Assembly: GCA_965215335.1 (NCBI GenBank)
Contig: CBDCDA010000002.1
Span: forward strand, 960,001-1,024,000
DNA: 64,000 nt
Reading direction: 5' to 3'
From: an uncultured Candidatus Entotheonella sp.
GTDB lineage: Bacteria; Tectomicrobia; Entotheonellia; Entotheonellales; Entotheonellaceae
In this document: piece after piece, positions 47,970-58,093 of the stretch
Numbering within the stretch: position 1 is the stretch's first letter
How the letters are laid out: each line of letters starts with the position of its first letter
Position numbers and translations under genes: made by a program
Notes under the pieces: generated by a model
What the model was told of the DNA's origin: nothing
Databases searched by the model: none
Seen by the model: only the letters and a program-made list of their open reading frames with translations

Positions 47970-49067
47970 GTGATGTTCGGAGAACGATTGAAATTAGCCC
48001 GAAAAAGGGCAGGGCTCTCGTTGAGGCAGTTGTCGGACGCGTTGGAGAGGGAAGTCAGCGCACAGGCCATCGGAAAATACGAACGTGGCGAAATGATGCC
48101 GAGTTCGGGCGTGCTGTCACGGCTGGCAAGTGTGCTGGATGTATCGCTGGAATATCTGCTCAGCGAGCAGGTTGAGAAATTGGATGGCATTGAGTTCCGG
48201 AAGGCATCGAGTACGACTGCCGGAACTCGCGCTCGTGTGCAGACGGAAGTCATCGATCACCTTCAGCGTTATCTCGCCATCGAAGAAATTCTTGGATTGG
48301 ATAGGAGCTGCTGGAAGGCCCCGCGAAACGGCAACCGGTTCCTAGGGACCGAAGACGAGGGCGAAATCTTGGCGCGAGATTTGCGCAAGGAATGGAAGCT
48401 CGGTATCGAGCCGACTCCGAATATGACGGCCCTGCTGGAGGACAAGGGCATAAAGGTACTGCTCTTCCAGTTGCCGAAAGGGGTTTCCGGGCTGACGGCC
48501 TTGGTCCGCAGGTCACGCCTCGGGAGTACGGTTCCTGTCATCGTCGTAAATCGGGCTATCACGCTCGAACGAAGACGTCTTACCATGGCACATGAGTTGG
48601 CTCACAGGCTTATCGCTGCCGACTCACCAGTAGATTATGAAAGGGCCTCCAATATATTTGCCGGCGCGTTTCTTGTTCCCTTCGACCATCTGGTGGCTGA
48701 GATTGGAAAGCAGCGAAACGCCCTTGGTTATCGAGAAATCATGCACTTGAAGCGGATGTACCGCGTCAGCGCTGCGGCCCTTCTCATGCGGTTACGGCAG
48801 GTGGGAATTATCGATCAATCAGCCCTTGCCTATGCGTTTCAGACATTTGCACGCAAATGGCGCTCGGCCGAGCCGGACCCTTTGGAGCCGGAAGGTGAGA
48901 AAGGCGAGCACGAAGTTCCGCGTCGATTCGAACGCTTGTGTTATTGGGCACTGGCTGAAAAGCTGATATCCCCGGCCAAGGCCGGGGAGCTGCTCCGGCA
49001 GTCCCTGTCGCAAATCGAACAAGGATTAAGGGGGCCTACCGAAGCCGATGTCGAAGGTGTTGGGTGA
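47970..49067 (+). CDS. XRE-HTH fused to an ImmA/IrrE metallopeptidase
   Basis: RLKLARKRAGLSLRQL; TMAHELAH (HExxH). Confidence 0.92.
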   Translation: MMFGERLKLARKRAGLSLRQLSDALEREVSAQAIGKYERGEMMPSSGVLSRLASVLDVSLEYLLSEQVEKLDGIEFRKASSTTAGTRARVQTEVIDHLQRYLAIEEILGLDRSCWKAPRNGNRFLGTEDEGEILARDLRKEWKLGIEPTPNMTALLEDKGIKVLLFQLPKGVSGLTALVRRSRLGSTVPVIVVNRAITLERRRLTMAHELAHRLIAADSPVDYERASNIFAGAFLVPFDHLVAEIGKQRNALGYREIMHLKRMYRVSAAALLMRLRQVGIIDQSALAYAFQTFARKWRSAEPDPLEPEGEKGEHEVPRRFERLCYWALAEKLISPAKAGELLRQSLSQIEQGLRGPTEADVEGVG

Positions 49068-49140
49068 CATAAATTGCATGATCGACCTGCGCAAGGTGGG
49101 CTTGTTGGAGGCCATCCTTCGGTTTCCTCGCCGTTTCATC
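49048..49140 (+). pseudogene. Truncated PIN-like partner gene
   Basis: MSKVLGDINCMIDLRKVGLLEAIL stops at an IS5-end-like sequence. Confidence 0.5.
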
Positions 49141-49630
49141 TTTTTTATAGGTCCTGAAGTTAGATCAATTTTCGCATGCCTATACGGGATGCCCGCCATA
49201 GGCAAACCAAGCCTGATTACCCGATGCCGTGATAGACCAGACATACGAACCGCAAACCGCTATAAAGCCGGATTACATGCAGACGACACGGCATCGTGCC
49301 GGTCCTTGGGGCATAGGCCTACCCGTACATGCGTGGCGCGGACGACGACGGCATGGCGTTGCGAGTAAGCAGGGGTCTTTTCCACCGAAAGGAAAAGCCT
49401 CGCCGGAATGGAGTTGGATTTCCCGTTCGCACCATTTCCGAGATCGCACAAGGGCTACTGCACCCAGAGACGGTTGCTGTTGCGGTGTTTGTATTGTTCT
49501 GGGGCGGCCGCTGACGCTGGATGAAACTTAGTATTCCACCAATGTGGCCCGGCGGATCAACGCAATGCTGCAGCTGACGGCGATGCCGACGTTGATAACG
49601 GCGGGATAGTGACGGGTCAGGAGACGATAG

Positions 49631-51739
49631 TTGATGAAACTCGTTAAATTCAAAGTGACGAATTTTCGGTCGGTAGACGACAGCGGATGGATTGAGGTTG
49701 ATGCCGTGACGGCTTTGATAGGTGTCAACGAATCGGGTAAGACAAACCTCTTGTTGCCCCTGTGGAAGCTGAAACCGGCACGGGACGGTGAGATTCAGCC
49801 AACATCAGACTTCCCCAAAACGATGTTCGGCGACATCAGGGCCAAGCCTGGCAATTACCCTTTTATCACGGCGGAGTTTACGACCGACGATGAAGCGGAA
49901 CGAAAACGAATTGCCCAGGCCGCCGGCATAACGCCGGAAGCCGTCCGGATTGTCGAGGTTGCTCGGTTCTTTGACGGACAGTACCAAATCCGCTTCCCCG
50001 AACATAAGCGCGAGACAACGGTGGCGACACGATGGGTCAAAGAGCAACTGAGCGTTGCAGCCAAAACCGTCGAGGGCGGTAGCGCGCTCAGACAGGAGGA
50101 GAACCTTCAAAAAGACCTCGTGGATGGCATGTCCCGGGTTGCCGATACGCTACCCGAGGCGGAAACAATGGCCTTGGAACAACTGACCGTTATTCGAGAC
50201 CAAGTTGAGGAGTTGCTTCCTGAAAAGCCTGCAAAGACCAGCGTAATTGTGCCTATGGTGCAGCAGCTGCTGGCGGCGTTGACCGAGCAAATCTGTCGGC
50301 TCTCGGCGCCCGACCCCGAAAAGATGGACGAGGTCTTCGACGCAGTCATCTCCGCGATGCCCACCTTCGTCTATTACTCCAACTACGGTAATTTGGATTC
50401 TGAAATTTACTTGCCGCACGTTGTCGAAAATCTGGAACGCGATGATCTCGGTGCAAAAGAAGCCGCTAAGGCCCGTACGTTGCGCGTGCTTTTCAGTTTC
50501 GTCCAACTGCAGGCCAAGGAAATACTTGAATTGGGCAGGGACTTCCAGGACCCGAACGACCCGAAACGGGAGCCAACGGAGGAGGAACTGGAAGAAATCA
50601 ACGAGGCAAAACGAACCCGCTCTATTCTCTTGCAATCTGCCGGTGCAAAACTCACCCAGAGTTTCAGAGAGTGGTGGCACCAGGGGGATTACCGCTTCCG
50701 ATTCGAGGCAGACGGCAACCACTTTCGCATCTGGGTTGCAGATGATCACCGCCCGACGGAAGTCGAGCTGGAAAGCCGCAGTACCGGTTTGCAGTGGTTC
50801 CTGAGCTTCTACTTGGTATTCCTTGTCGAAAGTTCAAGCGAGCATGAGAAGGCGGTACTTCTTCTTGACGAACCTGGACTTTCCCTTCATCCGCTTGCCC
50901 AGCGCGACCTCTCCGCCTTCTTTCAAAGTCTGTCTGAGAGTAACTCCATCATTTATACGGCCCACTCGCCGTTCCTCGTCGACCCGGATTGGTTGGAGCG
51001 CGCCCGCAAAGTCTATGTTACGGACGACGGCACAACCAAGGCGACGCCAGACCTTCGGTACTCAAATGACAGCGAGGCCCAAGTCGGCGCAGCATACGCG
51101 GCATATTCAGGGGTAGGCCTTAATGTCGCTGAGAGCCTTCTTCTCGGATGCCAACCGGTCATTGTCGAAGGACCATCTGATCAATTTTATCTGACCGCCA
51201 TCAAGACGCTGCTGCTTTCCGGTGGGAAGATCACCCCCAAGCGGGATCTCGTATTCCCGCCTTCGGGTGGCACGAAGACCGCTCGCATCGTGGCGAGTAT
51301 CCTCACTGGCAGGGATGAAAGCCTGCCCGCGGTGCTGCTGGATGGGGACGCTCAGGGGCGGCGGATGGCAGAGGAGCTCAAGGCCACTCTGCACTCCGAC
51401 AAACCTAAGCGGGTGTTGTTGGCCAACGAATTTGCCGGGTACGACAATGCAGAGATCGAGGACTTGTTTCCGGTCCATCTGCTCGCAGACGAGATGGACC
51501 GGATAGAGCGGGTCCCGGAGACCCGGCTGGCAGACGTGATCTGCGAGGGTAAGCCGTTTGTCGGCCAGGTGAAGGCGTGGGCTGCTGAGCAAGGGGTTGA
51601 GTTGAGTAAGGACTGGAAGGTCAAACTGGCAAAACGGGTGAAAGAGCGAGCGCTGGCCAAAGGTATCGGTTGGTTCGAGAAAGATGTTGTTGATCGCTGG
51701 GTTCGACTCTTCAATGCCTTCGGGGAAGAGTCGGCCTAG
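49631..51739 (+). CDS. OLD-like ABC-ATPase/TOPRIM nuclease
   Basis: GVNESGKT, STGLQW, LLLDEPG and TAHSP; TOPRIM motifs IVEGPSD and LLDGD. Confidence 0.85.
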   Translation: MMKLVKFKVTNFRSVDDSGWIEVDAVTALIGVNESGKTNLLLPLWKLKPARDGEIQPTSDFPKTMFGDIRAKPGNYPFITAEFTTDDEAERKRIAQAAGITPEAVRIVEVARFFDGQYQIRFPEHKRETTVATRWVKEQLSVAAKTVEGGSALRQEENLQKDLVDGMSRVADTLPEAETMALEQLTVIRDQVEELLPEKPAKTSVIVPMVQQLLAALTEQICRLSAPDPEKMDEVFDAVISAMPTFVYYSNYGNLDSEIYLPHVVENLERDDLGAKEAAKARTLRVLFSFVQLQAKEILELGRDFQDPNDPKREPTEEELEEINEAKRTRSILLQSAGAKLTQSFREWWHQGDYRFRFEADGNHFRIWVADDHRPTEVELESRSTGLQWFLSFYLVFLVESSSEHEKAVLLLDEPGLSLHPLAQRDLSAFFQSLSESNSIIYTAHSPFLVDPDWLERARKVYVTDDGTTKATPDLRYSNDSEAQVGAAYAAYSGVGLNVAESLLLGCQPVIVEGPSDQFYLTAIKTLLLSGGKITPKRDLVFPPSGGTKTARIVASILTGRDESLPAVLLDGDAQGRRMAEELKATLHSDKPKRVLLANEFAGYDNAEIEDLFPVHLLADEMDRIERVPETRLADVICEGKPFVGQVKAWAAEQGVELSKDWKVKLAKRVKERALAKGIGWFEKDVVDRWVRLFNAFGEESA

Positions 51740-52927
51740 TGGTTTGAATTTATCATTTGGAACCCTCTTTTCCGAGCGGCGATGATCTTGTCCGGATCAG
51801 CAGTCCACTTGAACGGCTTCGCTTCATGGCGGTTGTGCTCGGCGATGAAGCGACCGATGGCAGCCTCACACGCGGCAACCGAGTTGAAAATGGCACCCTT
51901 CAGGCGGCGTCTCGTCAACTTCGAGAAAAACCCCTCAACCGCATTGAGCCACGACGACGAAGTCGGCGTGAAATGGAACGTCCAGTTGGCATGCGCCGCA
52001 AGCCACGAGCGCACGCCTTGTGTCTTGTGGGTGCCATCATTGTCAAGAATGACGTGCACCTCCCGACCCCTCGGAAGTTGCCTGTCGAGGGTGTCCAGAA
52101 AGCGGAGGAATTCCTGGTGCCGATGACGCCCCATGCTCTGTCCGACCACCGTGCCGTCAAGAACATTCAAGGCCGTAAACAGCGTGGTCGTTCCGTTGCG
52201 CTGGTAGTCAGGCGTGCGCGTCTGTGGCCTTCCTTCTTTCATGGGCAGTGGTGTCTGGGTGCGCCCCAGCGCCTGAATCTGGGACTTCTCGTCTACCGAC
52301 AGGACGATCGCATGCTCGGGCGGATTGACGTAGAGTCCCACGATGGCGTGCAGTTTGTCCACGAACGCCGGATCATGGGAGAGCTTGAAGGTACGCAAGC
52401 GGTGCGGCACCAGACCATGCGCCTGCCAGATTTTGCGTACCGTCGAAAAGGCAAGCCCCACCCGTTGTGCCATCGCTCGCAGGGTCCAGTGCGTCGCCTC
52501 GCCATCGGGTGGCGACTTGGTCAACTCTACGACGTGGCGTATCGTCGAGTCGGGAATCGGCGCCTTGCCCGGCGGTCGTGTCGCGTCGTGGAGCAGCCCG
52601 TCCACGCCTTCGAGCATGTAGCGCTGTTGCCAGCGCCACACGCAGCTTTTCGACTTGCCGGTGCGACGCATGATTTCCATGGTGCCATGCCCGTGTGCGC
52701 TTTCGAGGATGATTCGTGCGCGCCAGACATGCTTTTGCCTGGCGTTTCGGTCCGCCACGATGGCTTCCAGACGACGCCGGTCATCGGGTCCAACCGTAAA
52801 GGATACGCCGGTTCGCATGAGGTGGGACTCCTGGGCTACGAGTCGTGACCTGAACTGCTTCTGAAGTTGATTCGCATCATGTTACGATAGTGGCCGCTTC
52901 GGTCTCTTTTGTCTTGCACTAACCACT
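51739..52927 (-). mobile_element. IS630-family element (transposase 51736-52818)
   Basis: Inverted repeats GTGGTTT/AAACCAC; TA duplication; motifs SVDEKSQIQ, ILDN and SWLNAVE. Confidence 0.95.
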
Positions 52928-53103
52928 AGAGCGGTTTTCGCGTGACTATATGGGATAGCCACAATGGCCAGACCATCCTTGAGCATCCAGTGCCGTTACC
53001 CTATCCCACGTGCGTGCCTTTGCGCCACGCATAGCCGTCTTGAACATTGATCAACGGGGTTCAATCGGCGACAGATCGGGCGAAGAGGGCGGCGGCAAGT
53101 ACG

Positions 53104-56100
53104 CTAATCATATCTCACCGCGCGATGTTCAAGCCATTGCAGACGACGATCGATCTCGATGTCGGGATCCGCTTCAATCAGTCGATCAATGATCTCTGAA
53201 ATCTCGTAAAAGCTTCCCCGACTGTTTCGACCACAAACCAGCCAAAGCAAGTCCAGCGTCTGGCGGGGAAATTTCTCCGGCGCCTCCGACGAAGCAATGG
53301 AATGCAGACTTCCATAGCCTCCCCGATCATACGGAACAATGTACGATTGCAGCAGTTCCAAGGCTCTGGGGAATTCGTTGCCTGCTCCAACCGCCAGATC
53401 GATCAAGTGAGGGGTGAGCGACGCGTCGCGGAATTCACGTTCCTTCGGCCAAACCCGCTCAAAAAATGGAGCGACGGTCAGGCACCAAGCAGACTCGGCA
53501 CCCGTCTGGTCATCTCGAATCCATTTCGCCAAAGCTGTCAGGGCGCCGATTCGGATGGCTTGCGAAGCCTCGCGCAGAACCTGCGCAGCGTCCGATGCCG
53601 TCAAACCCCATTGAACTGCATCGCGTCCTCTGATCTCATCTATTGCTGTTCGGAGAATCTTCGAAGCAATGGCGCTACCGTCATAATCGACCGGCTTACT
53701 TTCAATCGCGCCTTTCCTGATCGCCTGCCCGAACACCTGGGTGAGTTCCGGCGTGAGCGAGCCATACCTCAGCATCACGTCACGTAGAGCCGCTCCTTGG
53801 GCATTCTCGGCGCCGATACGCGGCTTTAACAATTTGGTCACACATTGGCGATCGATGGTGAGCAGGAACGCTAGGTAACGCACCAGCATGGCGCGTCCGA
53901 GTTGCCCTGCCACGCCTTCCCATTCGGATATTCTTCTGAGGAGTCGGCGTTGCGCTCTCGTGGGCCTGAGACCTCTTTTCCGCCGGGCGTCAATCTTCAG
54001 TAACAACGCACGAGAGAGTTTTCCTTCGGGGGAACTGATAGCTTTCCTGTATAAGTCGGTCGAGAGATCGAATGATCCTGCCTGTTGTAGCCATGCGAGA
54101 TATACCTCCTGGCCTTTGCTACGAGTTGAGAGATCGAGTGATCCTGCCTGTTGTTCCGATACCATTTTCCAGAGGCGATCGAGCCAACGCTGTACAGCGC
54201 CAACACGCTTCAGCGCTCTTGAATAGATCAGGTCGACCAAGCCGGAAACCATGGGCTGTAAGGCATCTGAACTGAAGCCAGCCAAATGATTGAGTGCCTT
54301 GGTTGCCAGATTGTCGCGAATCGCTTTGCTCGCCTCGTCGTTAAACGCCAGTTCCCCGAGAAACGTGTTCCATAGGGCTCCGTTCGCCGGCGTGAGGTCG
54401 CCTCTATGGAGTGAATCGAAGGCTGCTTGCGGGTCGGAGCGGCAGAACGCCGACCAGCCTTGCCGCAATTCGACTTCGTGGCTGTAAGCAAGTTCTCGTG
54501 CGACTTGCAGGCGATCGTCTTCATCGGCTTCCATGATCGGCGCAGGGTCGCCAGCAACAAAGTGGGCCTTGGAGGCATAGGACCCAAAGAAATCGCGGTC
54601 TTCCACCGCGCGGTGGAGGTAATCGCGCCGCTTCTTGATAGCTGAAAGCTCTGCGAAGCCGGTTTTGGAAAGGACGCCAGCCTCCCGCAACATATTGAGG
54701 CGCAGCCACACTGCGGTGTCGCGTGCGTGCGCATGCCAGTCTGTCTCTCCGGGCTGGATTATGTACCGAGCGTAATAGGCATCTCCACTTTCGCGTATCC
54801 TCTTTTCAACACGACGTACAAGCGTCCGGGAAGCTGCTCCCGCCCGATCCTTGAGCAGGAGTGCAATCTCTCGGCGGATCGCCCAGAAATCGTTGTCGGA
54901 GACCGACAACAACGTGTTCATCGCCTCATTTGCATCGAAGAGATCGGCATCTCGCATGGCATGGAGGCAGAGTCGCAGGCCGATCCGTCCGGGCAACTTC
55001 TTCCAGCCAACCACGACCCTTCTCGCGTGATCCCGGTCCAGAGCCGCAGCCTGACAGAGAGAGTCCGCCAGCACGCGCACCAGAAAATTCACTCCTTCTA
55101 TGAGTTGGTTCTGATCGTGTCTTTCAATTGACGGCACCGTGAAATCATTGACGTCATAGCCTCCGCCGATCTGCTCGAGGTCGGCCTCCAATTCGAGAGT
55201 GGATTGCAGTTGAGCCGTTGCGAGGTCGAGAATCCGGCCGGCGCGGTTCGGCATCCCGAGTAGGGCCTCGATCAACTCCCCGACATCGGAGATAGCCATA
55301 CGCGGCCAAACGATGTCAGAAAACCGCACGATTGGCTGACTGCCGTTGCCATCCTGAAGCTCGCGATGCCTCGGCCTCAGTTCCAGCTTGGGCGTAAGCA
55401 GGCTGACGGCCTTTTGCAGATCGCTATCCAGCACGACGCTGCTCGTAAGCTGTTTTTGCGCCGCATGGTAAGCTGGATCAAGGATCGCAGGTTCCACAGG
55501 TTCAGCGAGGCAGAAGAGACGCCACGCGCGGTGCCAGGTTTCCTCCAAATCGTCTGCCTTCTGGGTCAATTGCCGCTCAATGTTCTCCGTGAACGGCCGG
55601 CCGAGGCGACGTTGCCACTCGCAAGCACACTCAAGCCGGTGTCGATCCTGGAAATTCTTTGCAATCCATGCGGCGATTACCCAGGCAGCGTCCTCGGCCG
55701 ACCACAGTGCGTCGTCCTGGAAGACCTGAAACCACTCAGGATCGGAAATCGCATTGAGTGCGATCGGCCAGAGGTCGCGGCGGCCGCCGAAGAGCCAACC
55801 CAGTTCCTTTCGGGCGTTGACGCCCGCCTTTGCCGCTGATTGCTCCAGGATCGCCCGCGCCCGCTCTTGTCGTGATTGCTTTGGGCGATCGGCGATATCG
55901 GCCAATTCCGCCAGGTCGCGCCAAAGCGGGGAGTGGTCGTGGCTGCCGGTACCGGGATTGACCTTGCAGTAAGGCAATGGAATCACTGCCAGCGTGCCCC
56001 AGGAGCCGAATGATTCCTCGGGGTCGTGCTCATAGGCGGTGAGCGCATACACTGTCTTGAGATCGGGAAAGCGCGCGCGGTCCGCTTCAAGGACATTGAG

Positions 56101-56784
56101 GAAGTACCGAACCGGCGCGTCATTCGCACTGTAACCCACCAAAACGATGGACTTGCAGCGCGCCAGATCAAAGAGAAAGCGCGATGCCCAACCGGAGCGC
56201 ATGTAGGCGTCGCCATACTCGGCACTCGTGAGGACCAGCGGGGTGGGTTCGAGTCCGAGCGCAGCATCCCCGAGACGGCCATGGATATGAATGATTCCCG
56301 AAAACAAGGCGCTGCCCGGGGCGGGCAGCGCCTGACCGGCAAAACTGTGGTTACGTGGCGGTTCGCCCGGCATTGCCGTCTGTATCGCTTGCTCGAGCAG
56401 CGTGTCGAAATTCGTGGTCACCACGCAGATCCGGTTATCGAGATCACGCGACAAGCGAAGGATCGTGTGGTGCTGATCGAGAACGGGATTGTCGGGCACC
56501 GCAAGGAGGTCGGAAACCGTGCTGGTCACGGCTTGCGGGTCGGACAATCGCCGGCTGAGTGATCCCAGGACTTCCTCGAAGTGGCCTTTATCGAACGCAA
56601 GCTCCTCCGATCCCGTTCTTTCGACACCTAGCGTCTCGTACGTACGCTCGACGAGACACCGAAAATCAGGCATCTGCGGTGCACTTACCCCAGTGCCGCA
56701 GAGAAAAACCACCTCGCCGGCCAGGAGTGAATCGAGGAAATCGTCTGGAAATTCAGGCCCATTTTCTGAAATCTGAAGGGCCAT
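53104..56784 (-). CDS. SIR2-domain defence protein (Dsr1-like, 1226 aa)
   Basis: VVFLCGTGVS, TTNFD, HIHG and VGYSANDAP, then a long helical C-terminus. Confidence 0.85.
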   Translation of the reverse strand: MALQISENGPEFPDDFLDSLLAGEVVFLCGTGVSAPQMPDFRCLVERTYETLGVERTGSEELAFDKGHFEEVLGSLSRRLSDPQAVTSTVSDLLAVPDNPVLDQHHTILRLSRDLDNRICVVTTNFDTLLEQAIQTAMPGEPPRNHSFAGQALPAPGSALFSGIIHIHGRLGDAALGLEPTPLVLTSAEYGDAYMRSGWASRFLFDLARCKSIVLVGYSANDAPVRYFLNVLEADRARFPDLKTVYALTAYEHDPEESFGSWGTLAVIPLPYCKVNPGTGSHDHSPLWRDLAELADIADRPKQSRQERARAILEQSAAKAGVNARKELGWLFGGRRDLWPIALNAISDPEWFQVFQDDALWSAEDAAWVIAAWIAKNFQDRHRLECACEWQRRLGRPFTENIERQLTQKADDLEETWHRAWRLFCLAEPVEPAILDPAYHAAQKQLTSSVVLDSDLQKAVSLLTPKLELRPRHRELQDGNGSQPIVRFSDIVWPRMAISDVGELIEALLGMPNRAGRILDLATAQLQSTLELEADLEQIGGGYDVNDFTVPSIERHDQNQLIEGVNFLVRVLADSLCQAAALDRDHARRVVVGWKKLPGRIGLRLCLHAMRDADLFDANEAMNTLLSVSDNDFWAIRREIALLLKDRAGAASRTLVRRVEKRIRESGDAYYARYIIQPGETDWHAHARDTAVWLRLNMLREAGVLSKTGFAELSAIKKRRDYLHRAVEDRDFFGSYASKAHFVAGDPAPIMEADEDDRLQVARELAYSHEVELRQGWSAFCRSDPQAAFDSLHRGDLTPANGALWNTFLGELAFNDEASKAIRDNLATKALNHLAGFSSDALQPMVSGLVDLIYSRALKRVGAVQRWLDRLWKMVSEQQAGSLDLSTRSKGQEVYLAWLQQAGSFDLSTDLYRKAISSPEGKLSRALLLKIDARRKRGLRPTRAQRRLLRRISEWEGVAGQLGRAMLVRYLAFLLTIDRQCVTKLLKPRIGAENAQGAALRDVMLRYGSLTPELTQVFGQAIRKGAIESKPVDYDGSAIASKILRTAIDEIRGRDAVQWGLTASDAAQVLREASQAIRIGALTALAKWIRDDQTGAESAWCLTVAPFFERVWPKEREFRDASLTPHLIDLAVGAGNEFPRALELLQSYIVPYDRGGYGSLHSIASSEAPEKFPRQTLDLLWLVCGRNSRGSFYEISEIIDRLIEADPDIEIDRRLQWLEHRAVRYD

Positions 56785-56888
56785 CGCCCATCTCCTTTAC
56801 CAGACTCCGTGCGGAAAGCCTTGAATAGCCTTCCAGATATACGTACATTCTTCTACAGATTCAGTATACCTAACAAAAAGGCACCGCG

Positions 56889-57113
56889 ATGAAGCAAAAG
56901 CTCACCATCACCGTGGACGCCGAGTTACTTCCGATAGCCAAGCGGTATGCCCGCTCCCGGGGCGTGTCGCTGTCGTCGCTCATCGAGCAGTCTCTCAGGG
57001 AGATGGCGGGAGACGGCGCGCCGTCCTTCGCCTCGCGCTGGCGGGGCCAGTTCCGGGCGGCAGAGCGCGGCGACCTGCGCTACAAGGCGCTGGCGAAGAA
57101 GTACCTCCAATGA
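56889..57113 (+). CDS. DUF6364-like RHH antitoxin
   Basis: KLTITVD..AKRYA..GVSLSSLIE; ATGA overlap with the PIN gene. Confidence 0.85.
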   Translation: MKQKLTITVDAELLPIAKRYARSRGVSLSSLIEQSLREMAGDGAPSFASRWRGQFRAAERGDLRYKALAKKYLQ

Positions 57114-57517
57114 TCCTTCTGGACACCGACGTGCTCATCGACATCGCCCTCGACAGACGCCCGCACGCCGGCCCGGCTTCGGAACTCCTCGACCGCATCG
57201 AGCACGGCGCCGAGAGCGCCTGCATTGCTTGGCACACGGTGTCGAACTTCCATTACATCGTAGCGCCGTTGCGTGGCAGGGTGAGCACTCGTGATTTCAT
57301 CGTCGAATTGACCCGCTTCGTGGCCGTGGCGACCACTGACACAGAGGCCATCCGTTACGCCGCGGCGCTTCCGATGGCGGACTTCGAGGACGCCATGCAG
57401 GTGGCCGCCGCGCGTGCCTGCGGCGCTCGATACGTCGTCACGCGGAACGTCAGGGACTACGAGCGCTCTCCAATCCGTGCGATCGACCCCGAGGAGGCGC
57501 TCAGTGGACTGTTCTGA
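57110..57517 (+). CDS. PIN-domain toxin
   Basis: Motifs LLDTDVLID, DFEDAMQ and VTRNVRDY. Confidence 0.9.
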   Translation: MILLDTDVLIDIALDRRPHAGPASELLDRIEHGAESACIAWHTVSNFHYIVAPLRGRVSTRDFIVELTRFVAVATTDTEAIRYAAALPMADFEDAMQVAAARACGARYVVTRNVRDYERSPIRAIDPEEALSGLF

Positions 57518-58093
57518 CGCCTGATGGTTCGGTCCAGGCACTTGACGCGCCTCTGTAAGCCTGTAGGTCGTGAATGGATTCATGACATCCGCCCGCCTGG
57601 AAACCATCTTCGGCCCTGGGCGTGGCTGGCCGTCACAGGCAGGTTCTTCCGCGACGGCGTGGGAACACGGGCCTACCACCTGCTATGGCCGATGACGTAG
57701 CCAGCAAAGGTGAGCTGCTTCGCGACCCAGATACCCGTTCTGCTGCAGCGACAGTATCCAGGTTGGTTCACATACTGTAAGACGGCGCTCATGATTGTGG
57801 GAATGTCTGCGCTGGTATATGGTCTGTTCCAGTTAGCGTTATCAAAACCCAGTGCGTAATCCCCGTATGGAATGAAGACATTTACCCCAATGCCAGTTGG
57901 GAAACCCTTTAACCACGACTCCCCGGCCCTGTGGCTACCGCGCCAGCTTTCGACCCTACCGATATGAGCGGTGACTGGAAACGGGGTTATGGCGGAGTGA
58001 GGTGCCGGCATTGCGAAAGCCGCCGGCAACAGCTACTCCCATCCGCCTACCGCTGTCAGCGCCGACTCTCTGCCCCCTCCCGCAAAGGATTCC

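Noticed and set aside
29251..56784. ThsB-like TIR plus the SIR2 protein as a complete Thoeris system
   Set aside because: They lie about 23 kb apart, and the SIR2 protein has Dsr1-like size with no recognisable SLOG domain.
57673..58029. 118-aa minus-strand ORF
   Set aside because: No clear start, RBS or recognisable motif; possibly a gene fragment.
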